DNA from: Thermoleophilia bacterium
GTDB lineage: Bacteria; Actinomycetota; Thermoleophilia; UBA2241
Length of the DNA: 64,000 nucleotides
Assembly: GCA_040776965.1 (NCBI GenBank)
Contig: JAXGZO010000001.1
Location: 396,675 to 460,674 of the forward strand
Direction: 5' to 3'
A model generated the notes under the pieces. The model saw nothing but the letters and a program-made list of their open reading frames with translations. It did no database searches and was not told the DNA's origin. A program made the translations under genes and the position numbers. This document shows positions 46,736 through 58,150 of this stretch, one piece after another (positions within the stretch are counted from its first letter, which is position 1; each line of letters starts with the position of its first letter).

Positions 46736-47065
46736 CTACTCCCCCGCCGAGTCCTCTTTCGGCAAGGCGCCAAGGCAGGCGATGATCTGATCGAGCTGAG
46801 CCTCGATGCGAGCACGAGAGCGACCGGCGAGCTCGCGATGAGCGCGGCGGCCGCCACGACGGCCGTAACCGCGCTCCCGCCCACCGTGCCCGTCGGGGCA
46901 GCATTGCCCGCCGCGTCGCGCGCCGAGGCGCTGCCCGCGACCGCTGCCGCGGCCCACGCCGCACTTATCGCCGGAGGGCTGAGCGCCATCCTGCCCGCAG
47001 GAGCCCCGGCGAGCCCCCGTGAGGGGGCCAGACCCCGCCGGACCAGTTTTGTCGAACTTCGGCAT
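46736..47065 (-). CDS. DUF5320-family protein
   Basis: [24 protein letters not shown]... matches the DUF5320 N-terminal consensus (MPxxDxTGPxGxGPxTGRGxGxC). Confidence 0.55.
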   Translation of the reverse strand: MPKFDKTGPAGSGPLTGARRGSCGQDGAQPSGDKCGVGRGSGRGQRLGARRGGQCCPDGHGGRERGYGRRGGRRAHRELAGRSRARIEAQLDQIIACLGALPKEDSAGE

Positions 47066-47384
47066 GATGCCTCCTTTTTCGGCCCGGCGCAGAGGGTCCG
47101 AGCCTTAGTTATGAGCGTATGCCCATATTAAATACCCTCCGCCCCTTTGCTTCAATCCTTTTTTCCGCAAAGCGTAACCCGCAGGGAAGACGGCACGCCG
47201 AAAAAGAGGGCTCCTCGCGAAGCTTTATATAATCTTCATATTTACGGGGAAGACTCGTCGTTGAGCCAAGAACGGTAAACGGTCACCCCCCGACCGCTAG
47301 GGCGCCGGCAGATACAGCGTGCCCCCGCTATGCCGGCAGTCCGCAAGCCCTGCCGTCGCGTTCGGCATGGGCAACCGCTGGCTA

Positions 47385-47470
47385 TCTCGGACCGCGGGGG
47401 GGGGGGCCGCCCGGGGCGCCGGGCCCCCCCGGGGGGGGGGGGGGGCCCCCCCCGGGGGGGCCCCCCACCA
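47385..47470. repeat. Low-complexity poly-G / poly-C homopolymer tract
   Basis: CGCGGGGGGGGGGGGCCGCCCGGGGCGCCGGGCCCCCCCGGGGGGGGGGGGGGGCCCCCCCCGGGGGGGCCCCCCACC. It is intergenic, 25 to 110 bp upstream of the coxM-like start. Confidence 0.8.
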
Positions 47471-47495
47471 CACCATCCAGTGAAAAGGAGGCAGC

Positions 47496-48383
47496 ATGAG
47501 GAAGAAGTTCTCCTACCTACGACCGGGGTCGGTCGCAGAGGCCTGCGAGATGAAGGCTCACCACGGTGAGTCCGCTCTCTTTATCGCCGGCGGTACCGAC
47601 CTCATGCTCGAGTGGAAGCGCGAGGTCGCTCCCGCGTTCGATTTCGTCATCGACATCACCGGGCTCAGCGAGCTCAGGTACATAAGAGAGGATGCCGGGG
47701 AGCTCCGTGTGGGGGCGCTCACGACGCTCGCCATGATCGAGAATGCCACGCCGAGCAACGCGCTCCTCATCTGCATGAGCGCCGCAGCTTCGCAGATGGC
47801 GACGCCGCAGCTCCGCACTACGGCGACGATCGGCGGCAACATCTGCCATGCTTCGCCGGTCGCCGATATGGCGACGGTGCTCTCTCTCTTCGACGCCGTC
47901 GCGACGGTGCGCTCTTCGAAGGGCGAGCGCACGATCCCCATCTCCGAATTCTTCGTGAGCAATAAAGTGACCTCGATGACCCCCGACGAGCTCCTCACTC
48001 AAGTGAGTATGCCGCTGCCGGACTGCCCGACGCGAGCGAGCTATCAGCGCGCCGTGCGCTCCAGCGTCGACCTCGTTCAGTCGTCCGTGGGCGCTTGCCT
48101 CACGGCGGACGAAGGGGGCCGTGTTACCAAGGCGCGCATCGCCGTAGGTGCCTGCGCGCCGGTGCCGCTGCGATCTCGGGAGGCCGAGGAGTTGCTGTGC
48201 GGCCTTGAGGTGGGCAACCCGGACCAGGACGCTATCGAGCTTGCCGCGGCGCAAGTGGAGTCGGAGATCCGCCCCATCAGCGACCTGCGTGCCGGCGAAG
48301 AGTACCGTCGCGACATCACGCACGTGATGGTTCGCCGGGCGGTCACGGAGTGTCTCTCACAACTAGCCGTCCGGGGCAACTGA
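47496..48383 (+). CDS. Molybdopterin hydroxylase FAD-binding subunit (CoxM/XdhB-like)
   Basis: 295 aa. The FAD-binding motif is ALFIAGGTDLM. RBS AAAGGAGG is present. Confidence 0.8.
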   Translation: MRKKFSYLRPGSVAEACEMKAHHGESALFIAGGTDLMLEWKREVAPAFDFVIDITGLSELRYIREDAGELRVGALTTLAMIENATPSNALLICMSAAASQMATPQLRTTATIGGNICHASPVADMATVLSLFDAVATVRSSKGERTIPISEFFVSNKVTSMTPDELLTQVSMPLPDCPTRASYQRAVRSSVDLVQSSVGACLTADEGGRVTKARIAVGACAPVPLRSREAEELLCGLEVGNPDQDAIELAAAQVESEIRPISDLRAGEEYRRDITHVMVRRAVTECLSQLAVRGN

Positions 48384-48412
48384 CCGGCCGCCGGGTCGAA
48401 AGGAGTACGCTC

Positions 48413-48892
48413 ATGGCGACGCTTAACGTAAATGGCAAGAGCTACGAGCTCGAGTTCGAACCCCATGAGACCCTCGCCGAGGTGCTGCGCACTAAGCTCG
48501 GTCTGATCGGGGTGAGGGTTTCGTGTGGTGAGGGAGAGTGCGGTTCGTGCACCGTTCTCCTCGATGGAGAGCCCACCACTTCGTGTCTCACTCTGGCGAT
48601 GCAGGCTGAGGGTCACGAGATCACCACGATCGAGGGGCTCGGCACCGAGGACGATCTTCACCCGATTCAGCAGGCCTTTATCGATAACCACGGCTTCCAG
48701 TGCGGTGTGTGCACGCCGGGGATCATTCTTAGCACGAAGGCGCTGCTCGATAAAAACCCAGATCCGACGACCGATGAGGTGGCGACGGCGCTCAACGGCC
48801 ACATCTGCCGCTGCGGCGCGTACCCTCAAATCGTCGACTCTGTGATGTGTGCCGCAGAGAGAATGGGAGGAAAATGTGACTGCAAATCGTGA
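48413..48892 (+). CDS. Molybdopterin hydroxylase [2Fe-2S] small subunit (CoxS/XdhC-like)
   Basis: MATLNVNGKSYELEF...CGEGECGSCTV...FQCGVCTPG...CRCGAY are the two 2Fe-2S cluster motifs. Confidence 0.85.
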   Translation: MATLNVNGKSYELEFEPHETLAEVLRTKLGLIGVRVSCGEGECGSCTVLLDGEPTTSCLTLAMQAEGHEITTIEGLGTEDDLHPIQQAFIDNHGFQCGVCTPGIILSTKALLDKNPDPTTDEVATALNGHICRCGAYPQIVDSVMCAAERMGGKCDCKS

Positions 48893-51368
48893 ATTCTCAG
48901 TCGTCGGCAAGCCTATTCCCGTTAAAGACGGCGCGGAGAAGGTCTGCGGGACGCTTAAGTACCCCGTCGACTTCAACCTGCCGGGGCAGGTGTACGGCAA
49001 GATCATCCGCAGCGAACGGCCGCATGCGCTGATCAAGCACATCGACGACTCCAAGGCGCGTAAGGTGCCCGGCTATGTGGGCATGGTGACACACGAAGAC
49101 GCCCCCGGCCACGTGTGGCACGGCGTCTGGTTTAACTACATCGGCGAGATCATGGACGGCCGCGCCCGGTTCTGCGGCGACGAGATCGGCGCGGTCGCGG
49201 CGGAGACGCCTTGGGCCGCGGAGGAGGCGCTCAGCCTCATTGAGGTCGAGTACGAAGACCTGCCCGCCGTGTTCGACGAGGACGAGGCCCTGTTGCCGGA
49301 TGCGCCGCAGGTGCAGGAGGCCGGTAACGCCCGTGAGCCCGACATGTACGCATGGGGCGACCTCGAGGCCGGTAAGGCTGCGGCGGACTACACAGCCTCC
49401 GCCAACGTTAAATTTAAAAGTCAGTCGTACGCGCCCATGGGCCGCAACGCTGCGCTCGCCGAGTGGAGCGGCGACAAGGTGACGCTCTGGACCGGTTCGC
49501 AGTCCCCCTCGGAGCTGCGCGACGGGCTCGCCCAGGCCTTCGGCCTCCCGGTCTCCAAGACGCGCGTCATCTCTCTGCCGCTGGGCTGCTCCTTCGGTGA
49601 GTTTTGGAGTAACAACTTCATGATGGTCGCGCCGTTGCTCGCGAAGAAGGTGCGGCGCCCCGTCAAGATCGAGCTCACCGCCGAGGAGTGCATCGCTCAC
49701 GTTAAGCGGCGCCATAACGAGCACTCCAAGGTCAGCATGGGGTGCACGAAGGACGGCGAGATCACCTTCATCGACGTGTACCACATCATGGATAACGGCG
49801 CCTACGGGTTCAAGATCGACGTTGGCTACTTCAATATCGACAACTGGGGTGCTCGCGCCCGCAGTGGCCGCTACATCTCCCAGGGCGTCTCCACGAACCT
49901 CGTCACCGGCGGCTGCATGCGCGGCGTCGGCGACATTACGATGGGCGCGCTCGTGGAGCGCTGTGCCGACCAGCTCGCGGAGCAGTGCGGCATCGACCCC
50001 GTCGAGTTCCGCCGGCGCAATCAAATTAGGCCGGGTGATGCGCTGCGCCAGAGGTGGGCACAGAGCATCATGCGCGACGACGAAGAGGCGTGGCGCGAGC
50101 TGATTACGAGGAACAGTGCCGAGGCGCCGAAGGGGTACCTCGACGGGCTCCCCAAGCTCTTCCACCTCTCGAGTGGCGACAGCGCCGAGCTTCTCCGCAA
50201 GGGCGCAGAGGCATTCGGCTGGAAGGACAAGTTCGTTGGGTGGGGCAAGCCATACGCCGTGAACGGCACGAAGCGTCGCGCCGTCGGTGTGGGTACCGGT
50301 ATCCACCTCTGCGGCGAGGAGCCGGAGGGCCAGACCGACGCGGTCGTGCGGATCATGAAGGACGGCAGCGCCAAGGTGCACTGCAGCGTCGGTCGCATGG
50401 GTACCTCCGCCGACACCACACAGTCGCAGATCGCCGCCGAGGTGCTCGGCATCTCCATCGACCTCGTGGAGGCCGAGCTCGGCGACACCGACTCCTGCCC
50501 TTGGAGCCGTGGCTCACTGGCGAGCACCACGCTCTTCCGCACCGGCTTTAAGACGTGGGCGGCGGCGTGGGACGCCCGCCGGCAGCTGCTCAAGCTCGCC
50601 GGCAATGAGTTCTTCGATACGCCCAACGGCATCGATACGCTCGACATTAAAGACGGCATGATCTTCAGCATCGATCCGAGCGTGAAGCTCGTCCGCTACT
50701 CCGGAGAGGAGCGTGTGCCGACGCCGCTGCCGGAGGGCGATACCCGCACCTCGATCTCCATCTCCGACGTGATGGGCGCCATGCGGCTCGACGCCCTCGG
50801 GCCGACCGACAGCATCACCGGCCGCCCCGGCATCCCCATGCCGCCGTCGACCGCGTTCTCCCGGCACTTCGCCGCGCAGTTCGTCGACCTTGAGGTCGAC
50901 ATTGAGACCGGCGAGATCAAGCTGCTCGACTACCTCGTCGGTCAGGACAGCGGAACGATCATCAATCCCGGGGTATTCGCCGGGCAGATCGTCGGCGGGG
51001 CCATCGTCGGCGCCGGGCAGTGCCTCTGCGAGGTGCTCAAGTTCGACGAGCAGGGGCGCATCAGAAACCCCAACCTCTCCGACTACAAGGTGCTGCGCTT
51101 TAAGGACTGGCCGTCGGGCTCCACTAAGTGGCTCTTCAACGAGGCGTATGAGCCCATCGGTCCCTTTGGAGCTCGCTCCGGCGGTGAGGCGCCGATCGCG
51201 GCGCCACCGGTCGCCATCTCACAGGCCGTGTACAACGCTACGGGGTGCTGGATCGACGTCCCCATGACCCCCGAGAAGGTGCTGAGCACGCTCAAGGCCG
51301 CAGGTAAGGGCATCACCGCTTGCAAGGTCGATTCGGGAGCAGCAGCCGACGACGCTCCCCGGCAGTGA
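48876..51368 (+). CDS. Molybdopterin hydroxylase large (Mo-cofactor) subunit, xanthine dehydrogenase/aldehyde oxidoreductase family; substrate unknown
   Basis: 830 aa. The GTG start follows GGGAGG plus a 5-nt spacer. The N-terminus is REFSVVGKPIPVKDGAEKVCG. It has MoCo-binding domain features. Confidence 0.8.
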   Translation: MTANREFSVVGKPIPVKDGAEKVCGTLKYPVDFNLPGQVYGKIIRSERPHALIKHIDDSKARKVPGYVGMVTHEDAPGHVWHGVWFNYIGEIMDGRARFCGDEIGAVAAETPWAAEEALSLIEVEYEDLPAVFDEDEALLPDAPQVQEAGNAREPDMYAWGDLEAGKAAADYTASANVKFKSQSYAPMGRNAALAEWSGDKVTLWTGSQSPSELRDGLAQAFGLPVSKTRVISLPLGCSFGEFWSNNFMMVAPLLAKKVRRPVKIELTAEECIAHVKRRHNEHSKVSMGCTKDGEITFIDVYHIMDNGAYGFKIDVGYFNIDNWGARARSGRYISQGVSTNLVTGGCMRGVGDITMGALVERCADQLAEQCGIDPVEFRRRNQIRPGDALRQRWAQSIMRDDEEAWRELITRNSAEAPKGYLDGLPKLFHLSSGDSAELLRKGAEAFGWKDKFVGWGKPYAVNGTKRRAVGVGTGIHLCGEEPEGQTDAVVRIMKDGSAKVHCSVGRMGTSADTTQSQIAAEVLGISIDLVEAELGDTDSCPWSRGSLASTTLFRTGFKTWAAAWDARRQLLKLAGNEFFDTPNGIDTLDIKDGMIFSIDPSVKLVRYSGEERVPTPLPEGDTRTSISISDVMGAMRLDALGPTDSITGRPGIPMPPSTAFSRHFAAQFVDLEVDIETGEIKLLDYLVGQDSGTIINPGVFAGQIVGGAIVGAGQCLCEVLKFDEQGRIRNPNLSDYKVLRFKDWPSGSTKWLFNEAYEPIGPFGARSGGEAPIAAPPVAISQAVYNATGCWIDVPMTPEKVLSTLKAAGKGITACKVDSGAAADDAPRQ

Positions 51369-51414
51369 GGTAAGGGGCGAGCATGAGGTCCGCTGTTTTG
51401 GAGAGGAGAGAGGG

Positions 51415-52104
51415 ATGATGGTAAACGCCGATCGCCGTGTGGCGGTCGTTACGGGGGCGAGCAGCCGACTGGGTCGCATCGCGGTAGGGCGGTTGCAGCG
51501 CAGCGGGTACTACGTCTGCGGGCTCGACGCTGAAGGGGCGGCGGGCGACCGAGTGTTCGCCGTCGATCTCACCGACCGCGGGGCGCTGCAGCGAGTGATC
51601 GCTCAGATTCACGATGAACTCGGGGGGCCGCAGGCGGTTGTGACGACCTGCGGCCACTGCGATGCCGCGCCGTTCGGCGAGCTCCCGTCGGATAGCTGGG
51701 AGCGCCTTCTGCGCGAGCAACTCGGGGGTGCCGTCAACGCCTGTGCGACCGCGCTCCCCTTTATGATCGCGACCGGGACCGGGCGCATCGTCATCACCGT
51801 GCCCTGGCTCTCGCTCGCCGGTCGGAGCGGCGAGGCGTACTTCGCCGCCGCCACCGGCTCTTTGCTCGCCTTCACCAAAAGCTTGGCTTTGGAGGTCGCC
51901 CCCGCCGGCATACGGGTCAACGGTCTGATCGTCGGTCCCTACGCCGGGAGTCCGGAAGAGCCCATCGATGGATGGGACGAATCTTGTCTCGTGGCGGACT
52001 CCCTCACCGCCGCCGCGGAGACCATTCACACGCTGACCGACGAGGATGATGGAGACTTCTTCGTCGGTCAGCTCTTTACGCCCGTGGCTGGGGGGGTGGT
52101 CTAA
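51415..52104 (+). CDS. Short-chain dehydrogenase/reductase (atypical SDR)
   Basis: VAVVTGASSRLGR is a Rossmann motif. The catalytic motif is non-canonical. Confidence 0.6.
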   Translation: MMVNADRRVAVVTGASSRLGRIAVGRLQRSGYYVCGLDAEGAAGDRVFAVDLTDRGALQRVIAQIHDELGGPQAVVTTCGHCDAAPFGELPSDSWERLLREQLGGAVNACATALPFMIATGTGRIVITVPWLSLAGRSGEAYFAAATGSLLAFTKSLALEVAPAGIRVNGLIVGPYAGSPEEPIDGWDESCLVADSLTAAAETIHTLTDEDDGDFFVGQLFTPVAGGVV

Positions 52105-52866
52105 ATGGCCAACTTCGATGGCGTTGTGACGCTGGTGACCGGGGCGGCGCAGGGTATCGGCGCGGGCATCGCGCTGCGGTTCGCACGCGAGGGCGCGCGC
52201 GTCGCGGTCAACGCTCGCGTGGACGACGCTCGGGTAGCCCACGTCGTGGAGGCCTGCAATGGGGTCGCGGCGATCGCCGATATCGCCGATGCGGCTGCGG
52301 TACGCCGCATGGTCGGCGACGTGGAGGAACGTGTTGGCCCGGTCGAGGTCCTCATCTGCAACGCCGCTCGCATGACGATGTGCCCGTTTCTCGCGCAATC
52401 TGAGGAGGAGTGGTGGGATCAAGTCACCATCAACCTCACGGGGCATATGGAGCTGATCGCCGCCGTGTTGCCCGGCATGCGCCACCTCGGCCGGGGTCGC
52501 ATCATCCTCGTCAGCTCCCTTTGGGGCATTGAGGGCTGGCCTAACGCTACGGGGTACGCCGCGACGAAGAGCGCTCTGATCTCCCTGGGGAGGTCGCTCG
52601 GCGCGGAGCTCGCCCCGGAGGGCATCGCCGTCTCGGTCGTCTGCCCCGGCATTATCGACACGCCGCAGCTCCAGGTGGATGCCGACGACGCCGGCATAAC
52701 GCTCACGGAGATGCGCAGCAGGTACGCTGCGACCATACCGGCTGGGCGCATCGGTAAGCCGGCCGATATTGCGGCGGCGTGCGTGCTCCTCGCCGGCCCC
52801 GCAGGGCCGGCGTACGCTGGCCAGGTCGTTAACCCAAACGGTGGTGAGATTCGTTGTTCGATCTAA
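52105..52866 (+). CDS. SDR-family oxidoreductase (classical)
   Basis: TLVTGAAQGIGAGIA. The catalytic context YAATKSAL carries the YxxxK motif. The start abuts the previous stop. Confidence 0.75.
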   Translation: MANFDGVVTLVTGAAQGIGAGIALRFAREGARVAVNARVDDARVAHVVEACNGVAAIADIADAAAVRRMVGDVEERVGPVEVLICNAARMTMCPFLAQSEEEWWDQVTINLTGHMELIAAVLPGMRHLGRGRIILVSSLWGIEGWPNATGYAATKSALISLGRSLGAELAPEGIAVSVVCPGIIDTPQLQVDADDAGITLTEMRSRYAATIPAGRIGKPADIAAACVLLAGPAGPAYAGQVVNPNGGEIRCSI

Positions 52867-53009
52867 GCCCGAAAGTATCGGTACTAACCGGTGTTCACTT
52901 GCATACCCATACGGTTCAGGAGTTCACCTCGGGGGCTTTCCATAACTATCAACTACTGGGCATAATCCCTAGTAGTTCTCATCGACGTCAGTTTTAAAGG
53001 GAGGCGAGT

Positions 53010-54185
53010 ATGCCCAAGATCGTGAACGCTTGGAACGAGTGGGACCCATTGGAGAGGTTGATCCTCGGCCGCCCCGAGGGCACACAGGCGGCCGCCCCCG
53101 AGCCCGGTATTTATTTGCACATGCCGGAGGGCGGGTTCCCCCTCGGCACGTACGGCAAGTTCCCTCAGGAGTTCGTGGATGAGGCGAACGAGCAAATGGA
53201 TAACTTCGTCAAGATCCTCACCTCGCGCGGCATCACCGTGGACCGCCTGGAGCTCCACCCCATCTACACCGGCGAGATTCACGGCAACGGGACCCCCGAC
53301 TGGACGCTGCCCAACGTGCGCGGCTGCAATTGCCCGCGCGACCTCTTTATGACGATCGGTAACGAGATCATCGAGGGCGCCGGCGCCCTGCGCTCTCGTT
53401 GGTACGAGTACCTGAGCATTCGCCCCCTGCTCGAGCGCTACTTTAAGGAGGACCCGGAGTTCCTCTGGACCTCAGCCCCCAAGCCGCGCATGACCGACGA
53501 CTCCTACGTCAAGAGCTACTGGTACGACTACTACAACGTGTGGGACGACGAGGAGCGGCGCAGGCACATGGAGGAGAGCAGCTTCCAGCTTACCGACGTG
53601 GAGCCCATGTGGGACGCCGCCTGCGCCATGCGGATGGGTCGCGACATCATCTGGTACCACTCCTGCGTCACCAACAACGCCGGCATCGACTGGCTCAAGC
53701 GCTACTTCGGCCAAAAGGGCATTCGTGTGCACGAGGCGCAGTTCGCCACCACGAGCGACACGTTCTACGCCTTCCACATCGACGTCGTGATCTGCCCCAT
53801 CAGGCCGGGCCTGCTCATGCACAACTCCGAGCGGCCCTTCCTCACGCCCGAGACCGTCCAGCTCTTTAAGCAAAACGACTGGGAGATCGTGGAGACGGTC
53901 AAGCCGACGTACTACTACGAGGAGGTGCTGGATTCGTTCGGTACGCCTCGCAGCGGCCTCAACTCGATCTTCATGAACACGCTCTCGCTCGGCCCCAACA
54001 CGGTCTGTGTGGAGGCCCACGAGACCGGCTACATGGAGCAGCTCGACAAGATGGGCATCGAGGTGATCCCGGTGCCGTACGACAAGGTCGTGCCGTTCGG
54101 CGGCTCGCTCCACTGCACTACCGTCGACGTTAAGCGCGACGGCGTGCTGGAGGATTACTTCCCCAAGCAGATTCCGGGGTATTAA
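53010..54185 (+). CDS. Amidinotransferase-superfamily enzyme (glycine/inosamine-phosphate amidinotransferase-like)
   Basis: 391 aa. The C-terminal GGSLHCTTVDV has an active-site Cys context typical of amidinotransferases. RBS AAAGGGAGG is present. Confidence 0.55.
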   Translation: MPKIVNAWNEWDPLERLILGRPEGTQAAAPEPGIYLHMPEGGFPLGTYGKFPQEFVDEANEQMDNFVKILTSRGITVDRLELHPIYTGEIHGNGTPDWTLPNVRGCNCPRDLFMTIGNEIIEGAGALRSRWYEYLSIRPLLERYFKEDPEFLWTSAPKPRMTDDSYVKSYWYDYYNVWDDEERRRHMEESSFQLTDVEPMWDAACAMRMGRDIIWYHSCVTNNAGIDWLKRYFGQKGIRVHEAQFATTSDTFYAFHIDVVICPIRPGLLMHNSERPFLTPETVQLFKQNDWEIVETVKPTYYYEEVLDSFGTPRSGLNSIFMNTLSLGPNTVCVEAHETGYMEQLDKMGIEVIPVPYDKVVPFGGSLHCTTVDVKRDGVLEDYFPKQIPGY

Positions 54186-54385
54186 AAAGGGAGGCCGGCG
54201 CCCGCCCGTAGCGGGGGCGCCGGCCCCTACCCTGGTGAAAACGGAGAGGCGCTTGTCCCCCGGCTCGCTGCCGGCGCTGCCTCCGTCGTGAGGCCGGAGC
54301 TTTGTACTCCCTTCCGCTCCGGCCTTGCGAGTCACACGGCCCCTCGTGCCGCCCCGCGCGAGGGGCCGTGGCCTTTTAACTACTA

Positions 54386-56628
<2,243 letters not shown>

Positions 56629-56788
56629 TGGCCGCCTCCCCGGCGGGCTCCTCCGCTAATCCTGATAAATAAGAGATAATTACTCTATAAATAGATCCGT
56701 GGTTTGTCGAGGGCATTACGGGGCTCCCCCCCTGTATGATGAGCCGACCGCAAGAAAGTGAGGCCACGACGATGGATGGGCAGAGGCG

Positions 56789-58081
56789 ATGATCTGGGAT
56801 ACGCAGAACGAAACGCTCGACCGCGAGAGCCTTGAGCGCCTTCAACTCGAGAGGCTTCGGGCGCTCGTAGCGCGGCTGTACGAGCGCGTCCCCTTTTACC
56901 GCCACGCCCTCGACGAGCTCGGCTTCTCGCCGGGCGATCTGCGCACGCTCAGCGACCTCCGTCGTCTGCCCTTTACCGAGAAGGACGATGTGCGCGACCA
57001 CTCGCCCTACGGCCTCTTCGCCTCGCCGCTCAGCGAGGTGCTTGAGGTGCACTCCTCCTCCGGCACTACGGGGAGGCCGGTGGTGGCGGGCTTCACGCGC
57101 GCCGACCTCGACCTGTGGGCGGAGCTCGTCTGTCGCATGGCGGTCATGGCGGGGGTGCGGCGCGACGACGTCGCCCAGGTGAGCTTTGGCTACGGCATGT
57201 TCACCGGCGGCTTCGGCCTGCACTACGGCTTGCAGCGCGCCGGCGCCACCGTGGTGCCCATCAGCGCCGGCAACACGCAGCGCCAAATCTCCTTCATGAA
57301 GGAGTTCGGCACCACCGTGCTCATCGCGACGCCGTCGTACGCGCTCCACATCGGCGAGACGCTCCACGCGGCCGGCGTCTCGCCGGAGGAGCTCAAGCTC
57401 CGCCTGGGCCTCTTCGGCTCCGAGGCCTGCTCCCTCGAGCTGCGCAACCGCATCGAGGAGCGTCTGCCGCTGGTGGCCACCGACAACTACGGACTCACCG
57501 AGGTGCTCGGGCCCGGCGTCGCCGGCGAGTGCAAATGCCGGGAGGGTATGCACGTGGCCGAGGACCACTTCATCGTGGAGTGTCTCGACCCGGCAACCGG
57601 CGAGCCCGTGGCCGAGGGCGAGGTCGGCGAGCTCGTCTTCACCTCGCTCACGCGCGAGTGCTCACCGGTGCTTCGCTACCGTACGCACGACCTCGCGCGG
57701 CTCACCACCGCCCCCTGCGCCTGCGGCCGCACCTCGGTGCGCATGAGCAAGCTCCTCGGCCGCACCGACGACATGTTCATCATCTCCGGTGTCAACGTCT
57801 TCCCGACGGCGGTCGAGGCGGCTCTCCTCGCCATCGACGGGGTGGAGCCGCACTACCGCATCGTGCTCACCCGCGAGGGCGCCCTCGACGCCTTCGAGGT
57901 ACAGGTGGAGGTGGGGGAGCGCATGTTTAACGGCTGGATGGACGACCTACTAGCCTTCGAGCGGCGGGTCGGCGAGGAGCTGCGCTCCGCCCTTTTGGTG
58001 CGGCCAAAGGTCACCTTCGTGGAGCCCGGGAGTCTCGGCCGCGCCGAGGGTAAGACCAAGCGCGTGGTCGACCTTCGGTAG
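56789..58081 (+). CDS. paaK: Phenylacetate-CoA ligase-like adenylate-forming enzyme (PaaK / coenzyme F390 synthetase family)
   Basis: 430 aa. The motifs SSGTTGRP and YGLTE match the PaaK family. Confidence 0.75.
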   Translation: MIWDTQNETLDRESLERLQLERLRALVARLYERVPFYRHALDELGFSPGDLRTLSDLRRLPFTEKDDVRDHSPYGLFASPLSEVLEVHSSSGTTGRPVVAGFTRADLDLWAELVCRMAVMAGVRRDDVAQVSFGYGMFTGGFGLHYGLQRAGATVVPISAGNTQRQISFMKEFGTTVLIATPSYALHIGETLHAAGVSPEELKLRLGLFGSEACSLELRNRIEERLPLVATDNYGLTEVLGPGVAGECKCREGMHVAEDHFIVECLDPATGEPVAEGEVGELVFTSLTRECSPVLRYRTHDLARLTTAPCACGRTSVRMSKLLGRTDDMFIISGVNVFPTAVEAALLAIDGVEPHYRIVLTREGALDAFEVQVEVGERMFNGWMDDLLAFERRVGEELRSALLVRPKVTFVEPGSLGRAEGKTKRVVDLR

Positions 58082-58150
58082 CTTGGTATAATCGTCGAAC
58101 GCTGAACGCTGCCGCGACGGGCGGCGCCAACGATCCTCTTGGAGGGCGGT

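Noticed and set aside
47385-47470. Considered whether the G/C-run block could be a CRISPR array or a tandem repeat array.
   Set aside because: It has no repeat-spacer periodicity. It is a pure homopolymer-run low-complexity tract, most simply explained as an artefact or a G4-prone spacer.
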